This document shows, one piece after another, positions 14,201 through 26,857 of a stretch of DNA of 64,000 bases (position 1 is the first letter of the stretch; each line of letters starts with the position of its first letter). The DNA lies in assembly GCA_001949185.1 (NCBI GenBank), contig BDGG01000002.1, forward strand, positions 4,702,448 through 4,766,447, given 5' to 3'. The stretch comes from Ramazzottius varieornatus. Taxonomy: Eukaryota > Animalia > Tardigrada. Below the pieces are notes generated by a model that saw only the letters and a program-made list of their open reading frames with translations, searched no databases and had not been told where the DNA came from. The position numbers were made by a program, and so were the translations under genes.

Positions 14201-16835
14201 ACCACAAACCCGCGTCGGGCTCTTCCATGCAAGGCTCCATCAAGCAACTCGAGAAGCTGAAAGACGTCAACGGTAATAAGATGACCATTTTCGAACCCTG
14301 CCGGTACTTAGCAGTTCTGGCAGGTATGATACCTTCTTCGTTATAGGGAAGGAATGGACATGGAAGGAACAGGCGGAAATGGTCAAGTTTTCCAAGGTAT
14401 GCCAGTATTTCGGAGCATCTCTCTTTCGTAGCACTTCTTGCGGAGTATCTCTGCAACCTACTTTGTGCCTCTTGCAGTCGCCCATACGACTTCCGTTACT
14501 AAAGCACGACAATCCGGAGTTGGATAGAAATGCCGTCGAGTCCTTCTACTGTAAGTTCTATTTTACGATACATGATGTGCGGCGATTCTCCCGGTAGTCA
14601 GAGTACTATAACTTTCGTTTGACCCAGGGCTGATGCGCTTCATGGGAGACTATCCGATGCAAAGCACTCAGAATGAAGTGGACTGCGTATACATGGTTCT
14701 GAAGGTCTGCCATAGATACCCAACTCTTCGGGACGAGATCTACTGCCAAATTATCAAACAGACCACCAACAACAAAAGTGTTAAGCCGTAAGTCTTCCCA
14801 GCTGTTCGACTTCCTCTTTCCATAGACTCTATGTCAAGTTTAAACGTTGGAATTTTTGCAGCGACAGTTGTCAACTTGGGTGGCGGTTCTTGTCCATCAT
14901 CGCGGCGTATTTTGACTGTTCGGAAGTCCTGCGACCTTACTTGTTCAAATACCTTGAAACCGCGGCGTACGACAAGCGAAGACCGTACCACGGCACCGCT
15001 CTTGTCTGTCTGCAGAACCTCCGAAAGACACTCAAATACGGCGGTCGGAAGAACGTTCCTAGTGTCGATGAAGTCACAGCGATAGCGGTTAGTAATTCAA
15101 CTGACATACTTTTGTCTGTTGATACGTTAACGCGATGAATGTTATTTTCGGTTTACCGTAGGCCGGAAGAAGTTCCAAGCGCCAGCTGTACCTACTTCCG
15201 GGTGGTATCGAGAAGATCCTTAACACCAAATCAACAACGGTACGATTGATCAGTTCGCGATTCTTTCATTTATGCTTTAATACTATCATCTGCTATGGTG
15301 TACTCAGGTTGCGGAAGACGTCATTATGGAGCTCTGTACGCAACTCAAGATCGATTCCGCTTCGGAGATGGACGAGTACTCCATCTATGCATTGCGTGAC
15401 AAAGGTGCGAAAAGCTTTGTTGTCAGTGTCGTGCAGCCAGTCATCCGCCCACTAGGTCGGTGCCTTCGTCAAGGATCTTCAGTTTGACTGTTGTTTCTTT
15501 CCAGATGACATGCAAGGAGTGCCCCTTCAGTATGAAGACTATATCCTTGACATTACAACAGACCTCTTGGTGCAAGGGTCCAGTTACATGCTGCTATTCC
15601 GACGCTCGGTCTGGTACTTCCCTCTACGAACTGAAAACCATCTGAACGAAACGTACATCGAAATGATGTTCCACCAGGTAAGCCCATCTTGTGGCAATCT
15701 AAATATGGGGGATCACTGCATTATAATGACCAGAAGACCGTACACCCTTCACACACCTGCATACAGCGAGTCGTGTGCTCATCGTGGTTAGCGAGTACGC
15801 ATGTGACGTGTTTGCTGTGCGGATCTTCCCACTTACGGAGATTTTTTGAGCTATACATCTACCATGGTTTCCGGATGAATCTAAGTCGTTCTATTCGGAA
15901 GTTTAGGCCGTTCCTGATTACCTGGATGGTCTACTCTTGGTGTCACCGCCTGGTGGATTGCTCGATGAAGAGATCAAAGAAGTTTCAAAATTAGCCGCGC
16001 TGCTTCATCGCTCAACCGACGCGGTCCAGCCGCCGGACGTGTAAGTTTCTCCAGCTCTTTCACGGATCGCTCTTTTCGTTGGCTAACTTACTGAACCAAC
16101 GAGCTCTGCCGTTGCAGGAAAGAAGCCAAATACCTTTTGCCAAAACCAGCTCTGGTCCTTCCGGAACCCAAACCCAGTCACTGGTTGCGAATCGTTCAAG
16201 AGTACTTTCAGGCCACCGTTGAACTTACTCCCATTGAAGCGAAAGCTGAGTTCCTCAATAAACTACAAAGATGGACGTTGTTCGGTTCGAGTTTCTTCTT
16301 CGTTACGGTAAGACAGTAAACTAGAAGCCCGAAGCTCTGATGAAACGAAGTAACGTACGTTTTCACGTTGTAGCGAATGCTGATACCTGTGTCGGAAACG
16401 GGTCCTTCAACCAGTCGTAAGAATCCAGCGGGTGAATCCAAGAGACCAGATGGGACACTTATGGAGCACATACTGGCGGTTAATAAGAATGGAGTATTCT
16501 TTCTCGATGTGGAAACTCGAGAAACCGTGGTGCACTTCCCATTTTCCGACATTCTTTCGACGAGGCGTATCAAGAGCAATACAGATGGCGCACTATACCT
16601 GGACATGAAATGCGGAACGCTGCTGGCACAAAGAATAACTCGTATCCAAACGGCACAAGTAAGAGGACTCTTCATTTTTCTCCCTGCGAACCCTATCTGA
16701 CGTACAGTAAGTTATGTTTTACAGGCCCACGAGATTGCGCAGTTGATCGGCCACTATATCCATATCGAGAACACAATCCTTGCTTCTAAAGCCGCCCGAA
16801 GCAACACAGCTGCGGCTGCCGGAACTGCAGAGTAG
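2239..16835 (+). CDS. MYO15: Unconventional myosin, class XV (motor - 2 IQ - MyTH4 - Pro-rich - FERM-like - SH3 - MyTH4 - FERM); multi-exon, start-codon exon not resolved
   Basis: Spliced exons give N-terminal DLVWFD, P-loop [49 protein letters not shown], two IQ motifs ([16 protein letters not shown]), two MyTH4 motifs (LRDEIYCQ), SH3 ([19 protein letters not shown]) and a C-terminal FERM. Stop TAG 16833-16835; AATAAA at 16985. Confidence 0.9.
5621..5682. repeat. Intronic palindrome family 2 copy (30-nt spacer)
   Basis: tcatgcacctacatac-[30 nt]-gtacgcaggtgtgtga in a myosin intron. Confidence 0.75.
10670..10728. repeat. Intronic palindrome family 1 copy (27-nt spacer)
   Basis: tttccccagtggcgca-[27 nt]-tgcgctacttgggaaa in a myosin intron. 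Confidence 0.8.
15749..15810. repeat. Intronic palindrome family 2 copy (30-nt spacer)
   Basis: tcacacacctgcatac-[30 nt]-gtacgcatgtgacgtg in a myosin intron. Confidence 0.7.
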
Positions 16836-17029
16836 TTTCTTTGGCCCAAACCTGAATATTTGCTCCAGAATTGTGCACCAAATGAATGTTTCCTACCCAA
16901 AACGTACCGGTGATAAACGCTCGATTCAAGAAAATGATTTATATTAAATTACTTTTGTACTGATCTTGTTCCGATATCCGAATCAATAAAATCGAACATT
17001 CGTCTTTGGGTGTACTTCTTCACAAGAAG

Positions 17030-17773
17030 TTAACCGCTATAAAACTGTAGGGTTCCACCGCTCGAAATCACATTCTTGATAGCTTGATCAGAAGGGATCT
17101 GGTTATTATTAGAAGGATCACGTAAACGAGCATTTGCGGTTCTTATGTTAACTTTCAAGATTCGTTTAACGCTGTCGGAAGCTCGACCAAATGTCCACTC
17201 AGAGTCAACAAACACAGGCTGTGCGCTACCATCTAACAGTACGATATTCAGATACATTTTATTGGCTTCCAGGATATTAGTTTCGCCCACCGCGTTCATC
17301 TTTAGCTTCATGGCATTCACTTTCAGCGCCATCGGCGTTAAAGCCTTCTTGACTGCAGGAGCAGCTACAGGTGGGTTCAACGTCGGTGGAAGGTCGAAAG
17401 ACCGCGATGTGCCTTCGTCATTCGCGGATAACGCACTGCTGGGTAAATCTTTACAGCAATGGTCTTCTGGATGTCGATGGGTAAAGCAGAAGTTCTCGTT
17501 ACACCTGGCACACTTCACAGGATTGAATTCTTTCTGGCGACAGTTCTCGAAATCGCACACGAATGCGCTGAGGGAAGTCAGAGTGGCAGATTCATCAGCT
17601 GGCCGTACTCTGGAGATATCGGGCGCGCAGTTGTGGGATATGACGCTTCGGTGATCCAGACAGAACGTGGATCCGCAGTCCCCACACTTGAATGGCAGAA
17701 AGTCCACGCGATTACAGGATGGAAAGTCGCAATGGGAGCCAACTAGCAGCACTTCGTCCTCTCGCTTTGCCAT
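17030..17773 (-). CDS. ZFAND1: AN1-type zinc finger protein 1 (two AN1 fingers plus C-terminal ubiquitin-like region), single coding exon
   Basis: ATG at 17773, 247 aa. Fingers CDFPSCNRVDFLPFKCGDCGSTFCLDHR..HNC and CDFENC..PVKCARCNENFCFTHRHPEDHCC, followed by KVNAMKLKMNAVG and VFVDSEWTFGR as in ZFAND1. Confidence 0.9.
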   Translation of the reverse strand: MAKREDEVLLVGSHCDFPSCNRVDFLPFKCGDCGSTFCLDHRSVISHNCAPDISRVRPADESATLTSLSAFVCDFENCRQKEFNPVKCARCNENFCFTHRHPEDHCCKDLPSSALSANDEGTSRSFDLPPTLNPPVAAPAVKKALTPMALKVNAMKLKMNAVGETNILEANKMYLNIVLLDGSAQPVFVDSEWTFGRASDSVKRILKVNIRTANARLRDPSNNNQIPSDQAIKNVISSGGTLQFYSG

Positions 17774-18766
17774 CAAAGTATGTGGATGTCCCCACTTCCC
17801 AGTGAACCGCTATCTCAATTGAAACCACGTAAACCAGTCCCGAACTCTGCAAAATACAACAGATTGCTCAAATTCTGGGGAAAAGGAAAGTTAGGAAACC
17901 ACAACAATGAGATTTTATTTCCGGTTGACGATAGATCAAAGGACTTTTTGAATCAATCGACCACGCCGCGGTATGTCATGTTGTCATTTAGGAAATTGCG
18001 TTAAGAGGTAAAACGATCGATCAGACATCAAGCAATCATCCTGCTCGCTCAATGCTGATCGTTCTTCCTGACGGGTAGCGCAGCTGGTTACGCAGATCGC
18101 AAACCTCAGTCAGCCAGTCAGCTGATCACTAATGGCGGAGACGTCCGGCGCTCCCGCGACCATCTCAGGTGGACGGAGAAGGAGGTCTGAGACGGATGAT
18201 TGAACGCAGAGATCCGCCCATCCTGATAATAAATGTAGACGGAACGGCGTGCCATTCTCCCTGTACGTATGGATAATAGCGAACTGGACTGCCCGGAATT
18301 GTCCGGCACCAAACGCTAAGTTGCCAATGGTCAGTTTGGCGTGAATACCGAGCAGAGCTTTCGTTTATTCGACAAGCACCATTTCTTGGAAGGCTGATTC
18401 ACAAAAAAGTTTTCGAAGATCAATGTAGACAAATCGAATAGTTAAGTCCAGTCTTAGCTTTCTGCTCGAGCGCCATGTCTTCGAGCGAAGCCTCATTCGG
18501 GGAATCTACAGCGAGGAGTATTCTGGTGATCACCGCGATGAGCCATCTACCATCGGGCATAGAGCGAACGATAGCTCCGCAGAGGATGACATTGTGATCT
18601 TAGCGGACAAATCTTTCCAGAAGGACAACAAAGTGACGGTAAACGTCAGAAACCAGCTTTAGGGACACTTGATATGTCGGGTCAGTTGAGCGATTACGAG
18701 CGGAGAAGGACCGAGCTGGCTTTTTCTCTGCAGTTCGGGAGACAGGTGACCTTCATGTGTAGTGGG

Positions 18767-19457
18767 ATGTCCCGAGGAAGGCGCAGCGTGATCGTCGATG
18801 TGACCGAGCTGCGTTCGGAGAACCCAGCTTGTGACTGTGAATTTAGCGTTAGCATCCGAGATCTGGAAGAACCCGGAACTAAAATACAAGAAAGTGATCG
18901 CCGCTAAACTTCTGACGGATTACCTGAAGAAGAACGGGCACAACGTAATCCCACCATATGGAGGACTACAGACTGCATTTCTGGGTAACAGACTGCAAAC
19001 TTCGATGCTTCCGATTGCTTCCAAGCATCCTACCGTTGCTGTCCTTTGTGAATACGACGCTTTACCCGAAATGTGGGTACAGCTATTAGTTGATCTTCTA
19101 GCGCACTAAAATTTATGTAGCTTCGTTTTTGTAGGCACAATCTCATCGCAGAAGCCGGTGTAGGAACCATAGCCGCCACCAGAGCCGTGGACATCCGAGC
19201 CGTGGACTCGGATCTTCAAGGAAGGGTGCGTGACGAAAGAATAGCAAAGCCAGAGAGTTAGAGATGAAGCATGTTTTGCAAACTCACTATCGTTCGTATT
19301 CCACTTCTACCTTCGTAGTTGTGGGCAGCCCGGCTGAAGAGGGCGGAGGCGGAAAATTCCGACTGCTCCATGCCGGTGCGTTTAAAGATGTCCATTTTGC
19401 CATGAGGGTCATTCATCACCCATAGATATTCTTCATCCTATCTTGGCGATTGACCAT
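18767..19457 (+). pseudogene. PM20D2: Peptidase M20 domain-containing 2 (PM20D2-like amidohydrolase), frameshifted and 3'-truncated
   Basis: Motifs IWKNPEL, VAVLCEYDALP, HNLIAEAG and GSPAEEGGGGK lie across three exons. The GHACG segment is missing, frameshifts occur near 18830 and 19410, and there is no room for the C-terminal half before the PEPCK stop. Confidence 0.75.
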
Positions 19458-19739
19458 GTAAGACATCGATGGTCCAACTTGCTAAGAGCAAATTTCAACG
19501 TGAAAAGTCTAGAACAAGGAAGTACATTCTTCCGATGGTCAGACAGTTAGCGGAGAGGAAAGGGTGGAGCGTGGAAACTTCCACAGCTTATTTCATTCAG
19601 CATTGAATTAACAAACGATTATACTTATTAGGGGACTGATAATCGGACGAAAAGAAAATTCGAAACAATAAGATAAAAATATTGGTATTTCGTCTAACCT
19701 CCAACCAGTAGCGCCGGAATAGAAACTCTTGCGGAGAAC

Positions 19740-22700
19740 CTACAGATCCCGAACTCGCTTCTTCAAGTTTACCAGCTGGGTCTGCATCTTTTCCGGAAGG
19801 TCCTCGGGAAGTTGATCGTTGTAGAAGCGGCCAATGGCTTCCGCTTCTTCCATCCAGAAATCCTTGGGGATTCTGAACAGCTCGTCCATGTTAACCGGCT
19901 CGTCCAAATCGTCTACTTTGATCGAGCCGGGCTTCGGTAGATATCCTGCAAAACGAAAATTTATTCAGCTGAGATACCATCGGTGATCGATCTTCAAGTA
20001 AGTCACTATGTAAGACGCAAAGTGGGAGGTCTGCAAACGTGCTGAACATGATCTCTAAGTTTAGTGGCGCATGTTTTCATTGTTATCGGCTGAGAAAGTG
20101 CGCCACTTGGGAAACGACCACGTTTAGGTCATGTGCCGAAATCCCACATATGATATTCAAGCATATTGTACTTACCGATAGGACTCTCGACTGCAACATC
20201 CTTGCCTTCCACTCGTTGGAAGATCCAGTCCAACACTCTGCAGTTTTCTCCAAAGCCGGGCCACAACAACTTTCCGTTCTCCCCCTTACGGAACCAGTTC
20301 ACGTGGAAGATCTTCGGTAGCTGCATGCCAGAACGGTCGAACGATAGCCAGTGCTCAAGGTAGTGTCCAAAGTTATACCTGAACAAAAAACACAGCCTCG
20401 ATTCAGTCCGCTACTGATTCGATACGCCGAAAAGAATTTTTCAAGAGTTGAAAGCTTTCAGTCTTTTTCTAGTGTGCTACTTACCCAAAGAACGGTCGCA
20501 TGGCCATCGGATCGTGGAGAATGGTCTTTCCTCTGTCTTCGGCCGCAGCCGTAGCTTCTGAGCGCATGGCTGACCCGATGAACACTCCATGTTGCCAGTT
20601 GAAAGCTTCGTATACCAGCGGAACACCTGAAAAGAACAACAGAGTGTCAGGCGACTAAAGCTACGGTACCGTTTCAGAAGTGAGACCTTCTGGTCTTCGG
20701 CCACCGAAGATAATGGCCGAAATGGGTACTCCTTTTGGGTCTTCCCACAGCGGGTCCTTCACGGGGCACTGGGCGACGGGAGCGGTGAATCTAGAGTTGG
20801 GGTGCGCAGCTGTCGTCTTGTCGCCCAATTTCCACGGGTTACCTTTCCAGTCTGTAAGGATTTTCCCCTCGATAGGAATATCTTTCTCCAGTCCTTCCCA
20901 CCTGTACAATGGATAATGTTTGGTTGCTCGTCATCAGAGCAGAGTTCTTCTGCACTCTAAAATATTACCAGAAACAGCCATCCGGAGTCTCGGCCACGTT
21001 TGTGAACATGGAGTTACTCATCATGGTCTTCATGGCATTCGGGTTACTCTGCATGGAAGTACCTGCAAAGCCAAGAAAGTAAATCAGGACCAGATCTGGG
21101 ACAAAACGGGATGCAAGAGTTTTGGCCAGTTCTACCTGGTGCGACGCCGAAGAACCCAGCCTCGGGGTTGATTGCGCGCAGAACGCCATCCGCGTCAGGC
21201 TTCAGCCTACAAAAGAGTAAATAAGTGTAAATGACATCACTAACGTTGGGGGATGAAGACAAAGTGCGAAGGTTACACCGCAAACATGTTTATAAACAAA
21301 CAAAGTGTGTCGTGAAAGGCGGTACTCGGTACTCACCATGCGATATCATCACCGACACACTCAAACTTATAACCAGGTAAGGTTGGAACCATCATTGCCA
21401 AGTTGGTCTTTCCACAAGCGCTGGGAAACGCAGCTGTCACGTACTGCAGAACAGACGTAATGCGTTCGTACTTCCGCCCTTACATGAGATTTCTTACATG
21501 AAGCTGAATTAAACGACCAAGCCCTCACGATCTGCATTCACAACAAAAGATGTATTATTATGTACGTACTATTTTCTTTCCCGTCGGGTTCGTCACGCCC
21601 AAAATCTGCAACGAGTTGAAAAGTTATCGGTAATTCTGTCAAAGACCAGGTACTTCAAACAGGTACGTGAAAAGCTTCAACAACTAACCAGCATGTGCTC
21701 GGCTAACCAGCCTTCTCGTTGTCCAATGATACTGCCAATGCGAAGAGCCAAGCATTTCTTGCCAAGCAGACTGTTTCCACCATAGCCGCTTCCGAATGAA
21801 CAAATCTCGTTCTTCTCGGGGATATGAGCGATAATGACCTTCTCTGGGTTACAAGGCCAACCATTCACAATTTTTCCTGGAAAACATGCCCACCTAATTG
21901 ATCCGAAATCGCAAGAGATTCCTTTATTGTAACGCAAAAGACCTACGTGTTGTTGGCAAAGGTACACCGACAGAGTGCAGGCTTTTGACAAAATCTCCGT
22001 CTCCGAGTGCTTCCAAGACTTTGGTTCCCATTCGTGTCATGACTGTGTGCAGACAGAGTCAGCTAGGACTTATTCGTACAGCCCGTTCGGGCCAACTTGC
22101 TACCACTTGAAACGACGTGCTTCAAAACTTCGGTTTGTGCCTTCATCACCCATTCCCTCGTATTTCATTTACAAATTTTCAAGGTTTTTCGATTGAAATA
22201 TAGCGTATTCACAAGGGTGGATAGTTCGGAAAAGTTGATCAGTATGACTTCCGGTGGGGAAGACCTCTCTTCTTGATCGAAATATAGTTCTAAAATTCTC
22301 TGTTGGAGTGTCAAGCCCCATTTTGATCTCACCGCATATGAGACTATCCGGACTGCTATGAAAAATCAGAAAACATCGTACAAGTGCCAAGCTAACTCGG
22401 CAAATGAATTAAAACTGTCAAATTCGACCATTTTGCCGGGCAACCTACTTCTGCGGGGAAAAATTATAGCTCTTGTCCTGAGCGGCAGATCCATGCTGTC
22501 CAAGTGTCTTCCTGCAGCCAGGTCCCTGTTCTAACTGTATTTAGCAAAGATACCACAGAGCCTCACGTGAAACTGGAAAACGAATTTTGGAAAACAGCTC
22601 TGAAAAACGCGACAGTTGTTGGTTTTTCTCTTTGCTCGCCCATTATTGATGAATCTAGCGAAATTAGTTTCAAGGTTTGACAACAACCCAGTCGCCAGCG

Positions 22701-23796
22701 GCTTGATTTTCTAGATAGCAGCAAGTTAGCCCGAACGGGCTGTATATTAATTCATCAAAATTTCTTACTTTGCATGGAAGCAACGACGTACGGAGAGTCC
22801 GTCAGCTCGATACCGAACTTCGACAGCGGCGACCCAAGTGGACCCATTGAATACGCAATAACGTACATGGTCCTTCCTGCAAGGAAAGGAGCGACAGACT
22901 TCACACAAGGTATTCTTGCACTAATGCCATCTTTCGTATTTTAGATTCAGCAAACCTTTCATGCATCCTGGAAAGCGCTCGTTCAGTTCTCTGCTGAGGT
23001 TCGATGGCGACATCCAGTTTCCCAGAATACCATGCACGCCGGGTCGTGTTTTGGCCACCGTATCTCGCTCGTTCGTGGTAGAGATGAAGGTGAGTCGCTC
23101 CACTCGAGCCACATCAGCTGAATCCGTTCGCGCCAGCCAGCTAAATTCAAAATGAAATATAACTTTATGATGAGCGCTTCACCAGATAGTGATCATATGT
23201 CACTGCATGTACCAGTTAGTAAGACTCGGGTGAGTCAGGCGCTTGATGTGGCCTTGCTTTTCCATCTCGGAAATGAGGCTTCTTTCTTCTTCGTTCGTTC
23301 CATCACAGATGAAGATCTTGTCCGGTTGGCATACCTGAGCACAGTCGAGGATATAGCTTTGAACCTTCGGACGAAGATCCTCCAATCTCCCTCTGACAAC
23401 CGGAATTTCCTGAGGAAAAAACCGCCAAAACTGGTATATTAGTCCTTGCTTCTCCCCTCTCGCAACCTCGAAAGTTACCTGGATGCTTTGGCCCTTGAGA
23501 TCGTTCTTAGGCTGGACCACAGAGCTTCTTGCTTGCAATTTGCTGAGCCTCCGAGCGATGTGAGATCTGGAAGGAGTGAATCAGCTGAGTAAAAGACTGC
23601 TATAGCATGTTACTGGACTGTCACGGCCAGGGTGTGCACATCCAGTCCGAGCTTGCTCCAACGGGATAACCCTAGTGCCTTCATCACCCACCACAGTCGT
23701 AGAAAACCTAGTTTTAAGGAATCGGTCAAATCGAGGAGAGGATCGAGAGGAAAGAACTTGGGGAAATAATTTCTTGCAATAACTTCTGTTTAGCAT
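19740..23796 (-). CDS. PCK: Phosphoenolpyruvate carboxykinase (GTP), multi-exon; first exon tentative
   Basis: Exons encode [89 protein letters not shown] and [11 protein letters not shown]. Stop TAG at 19740-19742. Confidence 0.93.
20063..20114. repeat. Intronic palindrome family 1 copy (27-nt spacer)
   Basis: agtggcgca-[27 nt]-tgcgccacttgggaaa in a PEPCK intron. Confidence 0.75.
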
Positions 23797-24591
23797 GGAA
23801 TCAGGTTCTGCAGAGATGGAAAAAAGAAAATCGATACTTACACTGCAGAGATGGAGGCCTTTCGAGAAACATCAGGGGCTCTCCGAACTTCTTCGGTATC
23901 AGATTCGGACGACATCTTGGTATCTGGAAAAGTTACCAAGTGAGGAGAGTACCAGTGGCGATAAAAATACTAAACGTGGCTCAAAACTAGAACGAGACGA
24001 TTGTTTTGCAGAGGAACCGGATTTGCGGCTTGATAAAGACGGAAAAAGGCAACCATACCTTCAAGCAAAAACGGCAGGAAGAGCTAGTGCACGGTGATCG
24101 CTTGGCAGGCAGCCTCCCGTCTTGATCGTAAAACTGGCTGCTGGGCAAGCAGACTGTCTGTGAACAGGATTCGTGTTCTTGGAATCTCAAGCTTAGCTCT
24201 TTTGTAAGCAAGAATAAAAGCGTTCATACAGGGCAATCAGCTCTGTCTCGTGCTTAATAAAGGAAGATTGACCATAGCATAGTAAGACTGAAGACCGCAG
24301 CTTCGGTTTCCCTATGACCATAGCATAAGTAAATCAAGAAGCAAGCCGTGCATGTGAGAGGGAAAGAGAGAGAGATTCCTCGACAATCCAGTCAACGGCC
24401 TCCTCGATGTTTGGAGGATAAAAGGTAGAATGATATTTGATAACATGGCAGCATCGATCGCGAAAGGTCCAGCTTTAATTCTAAGCAGGATATTCAGTTT
24501 GCGGGAGCGGTTAAACTTAACGATATATTTTGGACGGTGAGCTTGTATGTACAGCGACATGCTAATATAGTGAGCTATGCAGAGGGAATGA

Positions 24592-25068
24592 TTATTGGTC
24601 AAAAAGGGTTGGGAGAGTCTTTTCATACTCTTCCGAGGAATTATACTCTTCATCCGTGTCGTGGCGTCCATTCGTTCCATCGCAGTGAGATCGTCGAGCT
24701 GGGTCACGTTCCTGGTTGGGTCCTTCAGCGTCATCGTACGGGAGATTCACTTGATTGTCGTTGTTTCCTTCATGCTCAGAACGGGGGTTCCCGGTCCATC
24801 CATATTCACGCTTGTGCCATCCGTGCTTACCGTGACCGCCGCTACCATGTCCCCAGTCTCCGTTTCCGCGCCCTCTATGTCCGCCACCATGTCGTCCTAG
24901 GTATTGTCCGCTACCATGTCGTCCTAGGTAGTGTCCGCCGCCACTGTGTCCATTGTGACGACCACCACCGCGTCCACTGTAGTTTCGTCCAACATAGCTC
25001 CGGTATGCTTTCTTGCTGTTTTTTCCTTTGGGACTTTTTCGCTGGTCACCGGCGCTGTTACCCGGCAT
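24592..25068 (-). CDS. Hypothetical Gly/His/Arg-rich low-complexity protein, possibly part of a decayed longer ORF
   Basis: 158-aa ATG ORF containing a 27-bp tandem duplication (24878-24931) that encodes GH/QYLGRHG(S/G). Upstream frames to about 25510 look coding-like but contain stops. Confidence 0.3.
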   Translation of the reverse strand: MPGNSAGDQRKSPKGKNSKKAYRSYVGRNYSGRGGGRHNGHSGGGHYLGRHGSGQYLGRHGGGHRGRGNGDWGHGSGGHGKHGWHKREYGWTGNPRSEHEGNNDNQVNLPYDDAEGPNQERDPARRSHCDGTNGRHDTDEEYNSSEEYEKTLPTLFDQ

Positions 25069-26857
25069 TCGATCGCTGGAGCGGTGATTTTTGACATGGT
25101 TGTGGGCGTTGTAATGGAAGGGTGCTCGTTCACCGAGCCGATTTCAATCGAATGGTTTATGCGGCGGACCATCTGAGCGAAAGTCCATTCTCACGTCAGG
25201 CGTGCCTGCGTTGACGCTGGTCTTCATTACGTCGGCTTGCTCGGTTGGGATGGCTGTTGGATGAGAGCACGAGGAATAACTGCCTGCTGCTGAGGCGCTG
25301 CAGCGCCCGCGATGGTTCACCACTCGTCATAGTTTAGTCTGGTTGTAGCGAGAGCTTCCATTAAGTGGAAACTCGGCGGAGGACCCATGGGAAGCCCTGA
25401 TGGAAGACCCAGAGGGAGATCCATCGGACGACCCGCGGTCAGCCCGAGCATTTGGTAGTGATCGTATCCTCCGTTCATTCCACTAAATAGGTTAGGCGGG
25501 AAGTTCATGGTCTGTGTTTTGGCTAACGCGAAAAATTCTGTTTGATCTGTTTCACGGATTTTTGCGATGGAAGTCGCTGCCAGAGTGATACACGTGCCGA
25601 AGCTGTTTGCCATGCCAGGCTTTATAGCATTGAATAGCATGGCACAATCACGCAGAGAGTCGGGTTTGACAGGCTATGGGGTTCTTTTACCAGTGGAGAA
25701 AGCAGCAAGTTTGTTCTGACTAGTATTCAGCATTGCTCTCAGTGAACTGACGCAGCTTTGACTTTTCTTCCCACTCTGTCAAGCAAATTTCTGCCGGATC
25801 CGTTGTTCCGTTTAAATGTTAGATTTTGAGGGCTATCGTTTTGCTCAAAGGAAAAAACATGTGCGGCCACTGCAAGCCGGTAGAATAATTAATACAGTAG
25901 TAAAGTTAATTGCGTGTTACAAACTGTACTCGAATAACACTTAAGACCACGATCCTACACATACTGTCTGATATGGCATACTTCCACCAAACCAATCAGA
26001 CATCTATTCGGACAGGTTATAATGCCCAGCTTCTCCTAAACATAAACTTCTGGTTGGCACGAACCTGTTAAGGAGCTATTAACAGGGCTGTGCCGTGTGA
26101 CGCAATGTTCGCGCGTTTTCACGAACAACTTTTTCTTCCTGTGTGTCTGTTTCCGGAACCAACCTCGATCTTCTTCCCTTTCTGTCAGCTTATGGTAAGA
26201 CTGCTAACTGGGTTTGTCGTGATTGCATACAGTAAGTACACCAGCTTTTTATTTGCAGATTATCCTGAACGTCTTCGCTCTGGACAAGTACATCACCACC
26301 GCATACAGCTGCTGTCTGAAAGTCCATCAGCGCGACTCGTCCCTGCCCTTTCCGTCTTCTTTCAATTCATCCCAGATCTACAACTGCCTTCGCAGTGACA
26401 CAGGTGTGTAGCTGATCCATTTTACGTGTTCGTAGTACATGAACGTATACAGAAATCTTGTCATTTTCACACATGCAAGTGCTGTTACCCACCGATGCTG
26501 CGTAGGACGTCACAAGTCACGTGTGCAACATACGCGACTACAGCACGTGACGTAGACGCCATTCCTGTGTCTGGGAAACATATGCAGGATATGCGCACTA
26601 GTGCATGCACATAGAGCTGCGCATGGGTGGAGCTTTACTTAGCAAGTATTTGCACATATCGGGCAACCAACCAGCACTGGTTACGCAAAAGCGGCGCGTT
26701 TTAAGGAACTTACGCAGCAGCAAGTGTGCCAACCATCCAGACGTTACATGTAACAATTCATTGATATTACTTTCGTCTGTTGTCAACGGACAGCTCAAGG
26801 TCCATTACAAAATTTCACGCAGCTCTAAAGCATGTAGAATGATCGGATGACTTGCAG

